Shown here: piece by piece, positions 52,656-64,000 of the stretch
How positions within the stretch are numbered: position 1 is the first letter of the stretch
Layout of the letters: every line of letters starts with the position of its first letter
Assembly: GCF_009914755.1 (NCBI RefSeq)
Contig: NC_060939.1
Source of the DNA: the human T2T-CHM13v2.0 reference genome, Homo sapiens
Direction: 5' to 3' (one strand)
DNA: 64,000 nt
Notes under the pieces: generated by a model
Database searches by the model: none
What the model was told of the DNA's origin: nothing
What the model saw: the letters and a program-made list of their open reading frames with translations, nothing else
Program-made: the position numbers and the translations under genes

Positions 52656-55600
52656 AACTTTTTTTTTTTAACTTTTAATTTAGGTTCAGGTGAACATGTG
52701 CAGGTTTGTTGTATAGGTGAACTCATGTCACAGAGGTTTGTTGTACAGGTTATTTCGTCACCAAGGTACTAAGCCTAGTACCCAATAGTTAGCCTCTAGC
52801 TCCATCCATGTTCCTGCAAAGGACAAAATCTCATTCTTTTTTATGGCTGTGTAGTATCCCATGGTGCATATGTACTACATTTTCTTTATCCAGTCTACCA
52901 TTGATAGGCATTTAGGTTGATTCCATGTCTTTGCTATCGTGAATAGTGATGCAATGAACTCCGAGTGCATGTATCCTTATAATAGAAAAACTTATATTCC
53001 TTTGGGTACATACCCAGTAATGGGATTGCTGGGAACTTACACTCCCACCAACAGTGTATAAGCATTGCCTTTTCTCTGCAACCTCTTCAGCATGTTATTT
53101 TCTTGACTTCTTAATCATAGCCATTCTGACTGGTGTGAGACAGTATCTCATTGCGGTTTTGATTTGCATTCCTCTAGTGATCAGTGATGATGAGCTTTTT
53201 CTTCATACGCTTGTTGGCCACATGTATGTCTTCTTTTGAGAAGTGTCTGTTCATGTCCTTTGCCCACTTTTTAATGGGGTTGTTTGTTCTTTTCTTGTAA
53301 ATTCAAGTTCCTTATAGATACTGGATATTAGATCTTTGTCAAATGCATAGTTTGCAAATATTTTCTCCCATTCTGTAGGTTGTCTGTTTACTCTGTTGGT
53401 AGTTTCTTTTGCTGGGCAGAAGCTCTTTAATTTAGTTCCCATTTCTCAAATTTTGCTTTTGTTGTGATTGCATTTGGTGTATTTATCACGAAATCTTTTC
53501 CAGTTCTGATGTCCTGGGTGGTGTTGCCTAGGTTGTTTCCCAGGGTTTTTATGACTTGGGCTTTTACATTTAACTTTTTAATCCATCTTGAGTTGATTTT
53601 TATATGTGGTGTAAAAAAGGGGTCCAGTCTCAGTGTTCTGCATATGGCTAGCCAGTTATTGCGGCATCATTTATTGAATAGAGTGTCCTTTCCCCATTGC
53701 TCCTTTTTGTCAGCTTTGTTGAAGATCAGATGGTTGTAGGTGTGTGGGCTTATTTCTGGGTTCTCTATTCTAGTCCATTGGTCTATGTGTCTGTTTTTGT
53801 ACCAGTATCATGCTGTTTTGGTTACTACAGCCTTGTAGTATAGTTTGAAGTCAGGTAATGTGATGCTTCCAGCTTTGGGTTTGTTTTTTTTTTCCTTAGG
53901 ATTGTCTTGGCTATTCAGACTTTTTTTGGTTTCATATGAATTTTAAGATAGTTTTTCCAGTTCTGTGAAGAATGTCACTGGTAGTTTCATAGGAATAGCA
54001 CTGAATCTGTGAATTGCTTTGGGCAATATGGCCATTTGAATGATACTGATTCTTCCCATTCGTAAGCATGGAATGTTTTTCCATTTGTTTGTATCTTCTC
54101 TGATTTCTTTTAGCAGTGGTTTCTAATTCTCCTTGTAGAGATCTTTCACCTCCCTGGTTAGCTCTATTCCTAGGTATTTTTATTCTTTTTGTGGCAATTG
54201 TGAATGGGTTCGTGTCCCTGATTTTGCTCTTGGCTTGATTATTGTTGGTGTATAAGAATGCTAGTGATTTTTGTACATTGATTTTGTATCCTGAAACTTT
54301 GCTCAAGTTGTTTATCAGCTGAGGGAACTTTTGGGCTGAGACAATGGAGTCTTCTAGATATAGAATCATGTCATCTGCGAAAAGGGGTAGCTTTCTGTCT
54401 TCCTATTTGGATGCCCTTTATTTCTTTCTCTTGCCTAATTGATCTGGCCAGGACTTCCAAAACTATGTTGAATAGGAGGGGCAGAGAGAGGGCATCCTTG
54501 TGTTGTGCCAGTTTTCAAGGGGAATGCCTCCAGCTTTTGCCCATTCAGCACGATATTGGCCGTGGGTTTGTCACTGATGGCTCTCATTATTTTGAGGTAT
54601 GTTCCTTCAATACCTTGTTTATTGAGAGTTTTTAACATTAAGGGATGTTGAATATTATTGAAAGTCTTTTTTTGCATCTATTGAGATAATCATGTGATTT
54701 TTGTATTTAGATCTGTTCATGTGATGAATCATATTTATCGATTTGTGTATGTTGAACCAATCTTGCATCCCAAAGATAAAGCCTACTTGATGGTGATGTA
54801 TTAGCTTTTTGATGGGCTGTTGGATTTGGTTTACAAGGATTTTGTTGAGGATTTTTGCATCAATGTTGATCAAGGATATTGGCCTGAAGTTTTCTTTTTG
54901 TGTGTGTCTCTGCCAGGTTTTGGTATCAGGATGATGCTGGCCTCATAGAATGAGTTGGGGAGGATTTCCTCCTCAATTTTAAAAAATAGTTTCAGTAGAA
55001 ATGGCATCAGCTCTTTTTTGTACATTTGGTGAATCAGTCTTCTCCTGAGCTTTTTTTGGTTGGTAGGCTATTTATTACTGCCTCAATGTCAGAGCTGATT
55101 ATTCATCTGTTTAGGGATTTGATTTCTTCCTGGTTCAGTCTTGGGAGAGTGTGTGTGCCCAGGAATGTATTCATCTCTTCCAGGTTTTCTAGTTTGTGTA
55201 CATAAGGGTGTTCATAGTAGTCTCTGAGGGTTATGTATATTTTTAGTGGGGTCAATAGTAATATTCCCTTTGTTGTTTCTGATTGTATTTATTTGCATCT
55301 TCTCTCTTTTCTTCTTTATTAGTCTAGCTAGTGGCCTATCTTATTTATTTATTTTTTTTTTCAAAAAACCAACTCCTGGATTTTTTGGTCTTTTGAATGG
55401 TTTTTCGTGTCCTAAGCTCCTTCAGTTCAGCTCTGATTTTGGTTATTTCTTGTCTTCTGCTAGCTCTGAGGTTGGTTTGTTCTTGCTTCTCTAGTTTTTT
55501 TTAGTTGTGATGTTAGGTTGTTAACTTGAGGTCTTTCTAACTTTTTGATGTGGGTGTTTAGGGCTATAAATTTCCCTCTTAACACTGCCTTAGCTGTGTC

Positions 55601-55718
55601 CCAGAGATTCTGATATGTCATATCTTTGTTCTCATTAGTTTCAAAGAATTTCTTAATTTCTACAATAACTTCATTATTTACCCAAAAGTCATTCAGGAGC
55701 AAGTTGTTTAATTTCCAT
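52656..55718 (-). mobile_element. 5'-truncated older L1PA (PA13-16-like), ~3 kb, with internal deletions
   Basis: ORF2 peptides in ORFs 53251, 53932, 54435, 54655 and 55460; 3' end very similar to the 10199-11979 copy; possible short TSD taacttt. Confidence 0.92.
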
Positions 55719-56625
55719 TAACTTTCACTTCATACATTTTTCCTGCTGGGTCTCTTTTTACAAGAGGCATGCTTTGCTTTGTTAAATTAAAAAAATAAAG
55801 AAAATTGAAAGAGAGAAATAAACAGCAATTTTGAAAAGAAAGAAGAAAAGTTGAAATAAAGATGATTAGGGATGGGATATGGGGGGAGATGAGACAGCCT
55901 AGGGTCAGAGAAGACCGAGAGAACCTCTCCGGAGTCAGAGCCTACATGGATCTTCCAAGCTCTAGAACCCAGTTTGTAAATTGCATGTGCATAGTGCAAG
56001 GACGGTCTGAAGCACAACTTTGTCAAAACTATGGGATACAGAACCTCATGACTCCCATCACCACAGGGCCACAGGGTGTTTGTTCCCAAGAGCCAGGCAG
56101 CCCCAGCTGGCATCCATCCCTCCTCCTGGGCAGCATGGCTGAGGGCACATGGTAACTGGGAAAGTCCCCAGCCCAAAGGCCTATTTGAATTAGGACCAGC
56201 CAGTGGTGGCATCAGAGATGAACCCACCTCTACAATGGGCAAGTGTTATCATTCTTTGAATAACTGTTATTGAGTCTTTATTAAGAGAGGAGTAACTGGG
56301 CATTAGAATTCACATGTGTTGGAGAAAAAGTTTGTGTTTATCTGATGACATAGTCTGGGGCCAAAAAGCTTTATTAGCCACCATTTACAGCTCTTGCTGA
56401 GCATGCTCTCAGTGAAAATTCCAGGATTTCCCACTAAAAGTTTGGCTTCCTGAATACTCTCTTCATCCTAAAGTGGAGGAGCATGGCATTCTGAGGACAA
56501 GAAAAGGAGAAATGGTATATGATAAGTAAAGCACTGAGTTTTTAATCCAGAGGCTTCTAGTAGCTGCTTTGGGACGTCTTCCACAGGATACAGATGCCTT
56601 GTTCTAGAGCTAACCCAATCAGCTT

Positions 56626-57035
56626 TGTCATGGCCCCTGGGAGGTGCTGTCCAGAGTCACTTCAATGACAAACTCTCTGCCCAGCTCCAGGGAGTGCTGG
56701 TGGCAGGTGGTTTCCAGCTGCCAGACCCTTGGGGACTGCCTCTGCTTCAGAGCCACCTTGTCCATGGATGCATCCCTCCCTGGGGTGGCCCACACCCAGT
56801 GATGGATCCAAGTGGTTATAGGAAGGCCTGTCCATCTCTGTCCACCTTAGAAACAACACTAACTAGCTAAGGAGCCCCCCTAGGGCCAGCTGAAGCCACT
56901 TCTGGGTCACCCCTCAGCCCAACTTCCCCTGAACAAATCCCGCTTCTTGCTTCTCCTCCCATAGTGTTGATCCCTAGCAAGCACCCTGTGTGCCCAGCTT
57001 CATCTCAGCATAGGCTTCCAGGGCTGACCATGACA
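56626..57035 (+). mobile_element. LTR16-like ERVL solo LTR
   Basis: tgtcatggccc...ctctgcccagctccagggagtgctgg...catctcagcataggcttccaggg...atgaca. Confidence 0.6.
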
Positions 57036-57322
57036 ACCATCTGACCTAAAAATGCTCAAAGGCAGAACACTGAGGAAGCAAAAGGTTTAATTTATGTACT
57101 ATGTATATCTGCAAAAACATATTCAACATACGAAGTATATTTACACAAATGTTAATGTATAAACATAAATATTCAAAGTATGTATTTACATCTACACACA
57201 TATTTAATTATTTGAGTATTTTTAAAGTATTTAAAGTATTTACTAGGAGCTCTCTTATCTAATTCCTGTGAACCCTGTAGTGAATAAGCATACAGCCAAA
57301 ATTATTTAAAGTAGAAAATCAT

Positions 57323-57331
57323 TATATATGA

Positions 57332-57365
<34 letters not shown>

Positions 57366-57556
57366 CATGCACATGTGTATATATGTGATGTGTATATGTG
57401 TGTGTCTATGTAGGCATGTGCAGGTATGTGCGTGGGCACACACATATGCACATCACATGTAAACATAGTTACATATGTGAACATACATATGTATACGTGC
57501 GTGTCTATATGTATATGTGTGTATGCATGTATGTGTGTGTCTGTGTGTGTGTGTAT
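57323..57556. repeat. (TA)n microsatellite (57334-57363) and TG/TA-rich low-complexity tract
   Basis: Seen directly. Confidence 0.92.
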
Positions 57557-58249
57557 AACATTTTATTTTAACTTGAAGCCTAAAGACATAGATGTACGTG
57601 CTGGTCATCTGATTTGGTGATTTCAGATCTATATTGACTTCCTGTTCAGAGCACACAGTTGTAATACATTGTCCATATTTATCAGTTTCAACAGATTTAA
57701 AGTGACATGAGAGCTTAAAGACTTTTGGACAGACTCTAAGCGTGGAATTCTTATGGAATTTTACTTCCCTCCATTTGTTAGAGTTTCTTCCCACACACTT
57801 AATTGGACATAATGTTTTTTCATGATTCACCTTGATTGAGTCTTTCCAAAGCTTTGAACTTCATTTTCATAGAAACAGTAACTCTTTCCCCACTCATATT
57901 GTCATGGGATTAGGTAATATTTAACTAAATCACATGACAACACTATCTGGGCGCACTAGGGCCGGGCACCAACGCCACCGACTCTAAGGCGGCGAGCATC
58001 TTGATGGATCAGGCATGGGGCTTGCTCCCTGGTGCTCCAGGACCTCAGCTGCAGCCCAAGGATTCCTTCGGGAAGGTGCAGGAAGCTGGAAGAGCCCTGC
58101 CAGCCCAGAGAGGCCATTGTGGGAGGGTCTTTAGGAGAGTTTCTCTTGAGTAAGTGTAAATGCAAAATGTTGAACGTCTAGCTACTGCGGTGTCATGTAT
58201 GTTTTTAAGAGGTGCACACGCTCACTCCCGTCACTCAGCCCATATCACT

Positions 58250-58680
58250 AGGTTTCTCTGTGCTGGGCACTGAAAATACAGTCCCCCAGAATGCAAAGTC
58301 CTTGCCTCAGAGGGACTCACAGGTGCATGGCACCAATCTGTAAATAGCTATCCCAAGCAACGAGATAGGTGCTGTGAGAATGTGCAGGTGAGAGAGACCA
58401 CCTAGGCAGGCAGGGCACAGTCCAAAGGGAGGTGACATTTATTTGAGGCAAGTCTTGCAGAATGAATTTGAGGCAGATCTTGCAGAATGAGTAGGAATTA
58501 TCTAGGTGAATAACTGGGGGAGGCACCTTCCCAGCCGGTGACCTTTAGGCAAAGCCACTGATTTCTGGATGGCTTCAGCTATCTTCAGGAATGATCAGCA
58601 ATTCAGTGTGACTGGAGGCCTGTGCATGGAATCAGAGAGGCAGGAAGCACAGAGGCTGCAGAGGGAGAGGCAGAGTGGAC
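58250..58680 (-). mobile_element. L2 LINE remnant
   Basis: ctgtgctgggcactgaaaataca, ggaggtgacatt, agaatgagtaggaatta, ttcagtgtgactggag. Confidence 0.6.
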
Positions 58681-58726
58681 AGGAACACTCATGTGTTTGT
58701 ATATTTATGTTCTCCTCACATACTAA

Positions 58727-59046
<320 letters not shown>

Positions 59047-59084
59047 AACAATAATACTTTTTAACAGATTTTTTGAAGTTTTAA

Positions 59085-59605
<521 letters not shown>

Positions 59606-59879
59606 CTTAACTGAGATTAAATGCAGGTCTGATTAAATGCACCTGGAATTTATTTTGCGTGCTAGAAGGCAGGCATCAAGTGGCTCATCAGATTTTCCAG
59701 GACTATTGATTGCATTGTTTTTGTTTGTGCTCACTGAGTAGCAAAGGCTGGCCTGTCATGTATCCTGTGGCCTTGGTGCTGCAGTTTCTACATTACAGGA
59801 TTCCAGGGGCTTTGCTTACATCATAGTCCACAGGCTGTGCAGTGAGATGCCATTGCACCCCTATGAGAATGATGACAGT

Positions 59880-60440
59880 GATAAAGGCCAACCACACAGG
59901 TGAGGGTGAGATTGTGCAGGACTGAAACCCACACACCGCTGATGCAGATGTCACATGAAACAGACACTTTAGAGAACTGCCTGGCAGCCTCTTAGAAAGT
60001 TAAACATACACCTACTGCATGATCCGGCCATTCTGTGGTACTTACCCAGGAGAAAAGAAAGCATAAGTCTGTACAAAGGCTTTTACACAAACGTTCTTAG
60101 CAGCCCATTTGCAATAGCCAGAAACTGGAAACACACAGTTTTATCCACATGATAGATGACTACCCAGCAATAAAAATGAATCAACTATTGATACGCGTAA
60201 TCATATGGGGAAAAAATAAATCTCAAAATAATTACGCTGAGTGAAAGAAGCCAGGCCCCTTCCCCCAAGAAAGGGGAGGGTGCTGTATGATTCCATATAT
60301 TCTATAAATTTATAAGATGTATATAAAATCCTAGAAAATACAACTAATTCACAGTGCCACCATATAGATACGGCAAAACCCATCAAATTGTATATTTTAC
60401 ATATGTGCAGCTTATTGTATGTCAATTGTACCTGAATAAA
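59880..60440 (+). mobile_element. L1MC/MD-type 3' end remnant
   Basis: aagttaaacatacacctac...ctgagtgaaagaagccag...ttattgtatgtcaattgtacctgaataaa. Confidence 0.7.
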
Positions 60441-60519
60441 TGGTTGAGAGTGTGTGTAATCCATGCAGCTAACAGAATAAAGCTTCTCGATCAAGAGGTG
60501 TTTTGGAATAACAGTTATT

Positions 60520-60835
<316 letters not shown>

Positions 60836-60937
60836 TGAGTCAATGTGGGCAAGGTAAAACTTTCCCTAATTGTTTTCTGTTTCGAATTAGAAAAAGAAAT
60901 TTTTTTCATGGATAACATAGAGAATTTACAAGAAGCT

Positions 60938-61341
60938 TATATGAGTTTCCTGGGGCTATTGTAACAGAGCACCACAGACTGGGAGGGTTTAAACAACAGA
61001 CACTGGTTGTCTCACAGTTCTGGAGGCTGGAAGTCCAAGATCAAGTTATAGGCAGGGTTGGTCTCTTCTGAGGTCCTTCTCCTTGCCTCACAGATGGCCA
61101 CCTTCTCCCTGTGTCTCTTCACCTATTCTTCTCTCTAGGTTTGTCTTAGTCTCTTCACATGGCATTCTTTTCCTAGTCATATTACCAGTCATATCAGACT
61201 AGATAGAGCTCCACCCTACTGTGGCATGACCTCATCCTAACCAATTATACATAACTGCATGTTTCCAAATAAGGTCATATTCTGAGGAACTGGCTATAGA
61301 ACTTCAATATATGAATGGGGGTAATGAATTCAACCCATGAC
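60938..61341 (-). mobile_element. MLT1A-C MaLR LTR
   Basis: gtctcacagttctggaggctggaagtccaagatcaag...ttccaaataaggtcatattctgagg...ttcaacccatgaca. Confidence 0.85.
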
Positions 61342-61386
61342 AAAGTTCTACCTTATATTTTCATTCTTAAAAATAATAGAGGGGTT

Positions 61387-61535
<149 letters not shown>

Positions 61536-61914
61536 AGAACAAGAAAGAAATGTGCACCTCTGTTTCTGCCATGCTATACTTGGAAATCAGCCAGGAAGGG
61601 AAAGAGCTTTTTGTGCAGCAACTCAGGCTGCCTCCTTGTGCTCTGGAAAAGACTTTCTCTCTGCCCCTCTTTGTTCTGCAGCCTGGGGTGCAGGTTTCTG
61701 CCAGGCTGGTCCTTCAGGTTGCCTGCTTTGCTCCTTTGGGCTGGGCCTTTGTAAGGGTGGCACCTGTGCGTGCCACATCCTGCAGGGTTCTAGGGGCATT
61801 GCTGCTTTATTGAGGTTTGTTGGTTCGTTGCCATCCTTTCCTGACCCTCCTTTCCTTAGACTAGCATCAAGTTGTCTACATGAACTGAATTCACCAAAAC
61901 TGTTGTTAGAGATC

Positions 61915-62391
61915 TGCTGGTAGCAAGCCCTAAGCCTGTCATGAACAGGCCTTAAAGAAACTGGCCATAAACAGCATTTCTGCAGCAATGTGACATGCTC
62001 GTGATGGCTATCACGCACACTGCTAAAAGTTGTTGGTTTACTGGAGCGGGACAAGGAAAACCTGGCCCACCCAGAGTGGAAAACTGCTCAAATCACAAAC
62101 AATAGCAGAAGCGGCCTGTGCCTTAACAACATGCTTTTGCTGCAGATAATCAGCCAGGGCCTGTTTCTCTGCTCCTCACTAGGAATGCTTTTAGTTAATC
62201 TATAATCTGTAGAAACTATGCTTATCACTGGCTTTCTGTCAATAAATGTGTGGGTCAACATCTGTTCGTGGCTCTCAGTTTTGAAGGCTGTCAGCCCCCT
62301 GATTCCCACTCTGCACTCTATTTCTGTGTCTTTGTCTTAATTCCTCTAGCGCTGCTGGGTTAGGGTCTCCACGACTGAGCTGGTCTCAGCA
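61915..62391 (+). mobile_element. MER9-type 5' LTR of a HERV-K(HML-3) provirus
   Basis: TG...CA; MER9 motifs aaactggccataaac, AATAAA at 62241-62246, ttcctctagcgctgctgggttagggtctcc...gctggtctcagca. Confidence 0.88.
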
Positions 62392-62392
62392 A

Positions 62393-62412
62393 GCGGTGCT
62401 CAACATGGGGGC
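62393..62412 (+). promoter_or_regulatory. Primer-binding site, degenerate tRNA-Lys(CUU) complement
   Basis: cggtgctcaacatggggg versus canonical tggcgcccaacgtggggc, immediately 3' of the LTR. Confidence 0.7.
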
Positions 62413-62541
62413 TTGAACCCAGGATGAAGAGTCGCTGGAGCGGTGGTTGGAGAACCTGGAAGTAAGCTGGAGAACACCCGAGTACTCTTAAGCAATCCCC
62501 GTGGTGAGTAAGAAGGGGAGCTTGGAAGCATCAGGGTAACA

Positions 62542-63287
62542 ATGGGGCAAGGGTCGAGCAGACAAGAGGCTTATTTGAGTCGGCTTCAGCATCTCCTCAG
62601 AAAAGGAGGAGTGAAGGTTAGCACTTATGCAGCTTTTTAGTGCAGTAGAGAAATATTGCCCCTGGTTTCTGGACTGAGGAACTATGAATGTAGAGGTCTG
62701 GGAAAAGATAGGCGGCACACTGAAAAAGGCATATAAGGATGGTGCTGAGGATATTCCTGTAACTGTCTGGTCAGTGTGGGCTCTGGTTTGCTCCACCTTG
62801 GAATCTTTCCACACAGATGATGATGAGGAGGAATCAGAGGAAGAAGAAGAGTGTAATGAAGTAACAGAAGAGGTGACAGAGCAGGTTTGCTTGCCAGCTA
62901 AAGCGGCAAAGGAGGGAGAAGTTTGTCCCTACCCCTCTGCACCCCCCATTATTTTGAAGAAGAGTGGCCTGACCCTCCAGATCTTTCTTTTCTGGAGGAC
63001 GGGGGCAAAAAGTAGCTGCCCTGGTGACCGTTCAAGCAGCGCCTCGAGTGACCTCTCTCAGTTCTATTCAGGCAGGAATCCAGCAAGCTAGACAAGAGGG
63101 TGGTATGGATGCTTGGCAGTTCCCTGTTAGAATACATCCACCTGATCAACAGGGGAATATTATAGCTATGTTTGAGACTTTTCCTCTTAAATTACTTAAA
63201 GAATTTAAACAAGTTATTAATCAATATGGACCAGGTTCTCCTTTTGTAATGGGACTGTTAAAGGATGTTGCTGTCTCCAGTCAGATG
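62542..63287 (+). pseudogene. gag: Defective betaretrovirus-like gag (matrix, acidic spacer, PSAP late domain, capsid N-terminus only)
   Basis: ATG 62542 gives MGQGSSRQ (myristoylation Gly2) with stop 62638-62640; a second frame gives YCPWFLD*GTMNVEVWEKIG, DDDEEESEEEEE and PSAPP; a third frame gives AWQFPV...YGPGSPF. Confidence 0.85.
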
Positions 63288-64000
63288 TTGCCAGCGGGGA
63301 TGGTAGGATTACTTCTAGGTAGGTCTAATTTAAATTTAAAAGGAGCACAAGTACAAACAGGAGCCATTGATTCAGATTACAATGGGGAAATCGAAATTGT
63401 TATATCTACTTCTGTTCCCTGGAAAGCAGAGCCAGGAGATCGCATAGTGCAGCTCCTGATTGTGCCGTATGTGGAAATGGGGAAAAGTGAAATTAAATGA
63501 ACAGGAGGATTTGGAAGCACAAATAAAGAAGGTAAAGCAGCTTATTGGGTGAATCAAATTCCTGATAAACATCCTACCTGTGAAATAACTATTCAGGGAA
63601 AGAAATTTAAAGGTTTGGTACATACAGGAGCGGACATTTCAATCATTTCTCTACAGCACTGGCCGTCCATGTGGCCAATTCAACCCTCTCAATTTAACAG
63701 AGTTGGAGTTGGTAAAGCCCCTGAAGTATATCACAGTAGTTATATTTTGCATTGTGAAGGGTCCGATGGACAATCTGGGACTATTCAACCAATTGTAACT
63801 TCTGTACCTATAAATTTATGGGGAAGAGATTTATTACAGCAATGGAGAGCACAAGTGTTAATTCCAGAACAATTATATAGCCCTCAAATTCAGCATATGA
63901 TGCAAGAGATGGGGAATGTGCCTGGCACGGGATTAGGAAAAAATTTACAAGGGTTAAAGAAACTACTCCAAGTGGAAGGACAGAATTCTCGTCAGGGTTT
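63288..64000 (+). pseudogene. pro: Defective pro gene: partial dUTPase + retropepsin protease + G-patch, running off the window end
   Basis: LLLGRSN (motif 2), GAIDSDYNGEI (motif 3), GDRIVQLL (motif 4), K*TGGFGST (motif 5, TGA 63498-63500); then GLVHTGADISII, NLWGRDLL and G-patch MMQEMGNVPGTGLGKNLQG, all in one frame. Confidence 0.9.

Overview
Primate (very probably human) non-coding, repeat-dense genomic DNA. I can find no intact cellular protein-coding gene; nearly all ORFs in the supplied track are Alu, L1 or microsatellite read-outs or chance ORFs. The window contains: about 20 Alu/FLAM/FRAM copies; old L1M and younger L1PA LINEs; hAT and Tigger DNA-transposon fossils; MaLR, ERVL and ERV1 solo LTRs; a full-length processed RPL39 pseudogene (6674-7085); a degenerate 3'-truncated U6 snRNA retrocopy (~34549-34623); a weak CpG-island-like unique segment (~22250-23320); and, at the right edge, the 5' part of a HERV-K(HML-3)-type provirus (MER9 LTR, tRNA-Lys PBS, broken gag, and an internal deletion fusing capsid in frame to dUTPase/protease, with catalytic Asp->His). 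The best structural observations are an apparent L1-mediated 3' transduction at 10069-10198, the gag-dUTPase deletion junction, and the unusual repeat architecture around the U6 insertion. I do not see evidence for a wholly new biological system. Repeat subfamily names come from recalled consensus motifs, not from a database search, and boundaries without a TSD are approximate.
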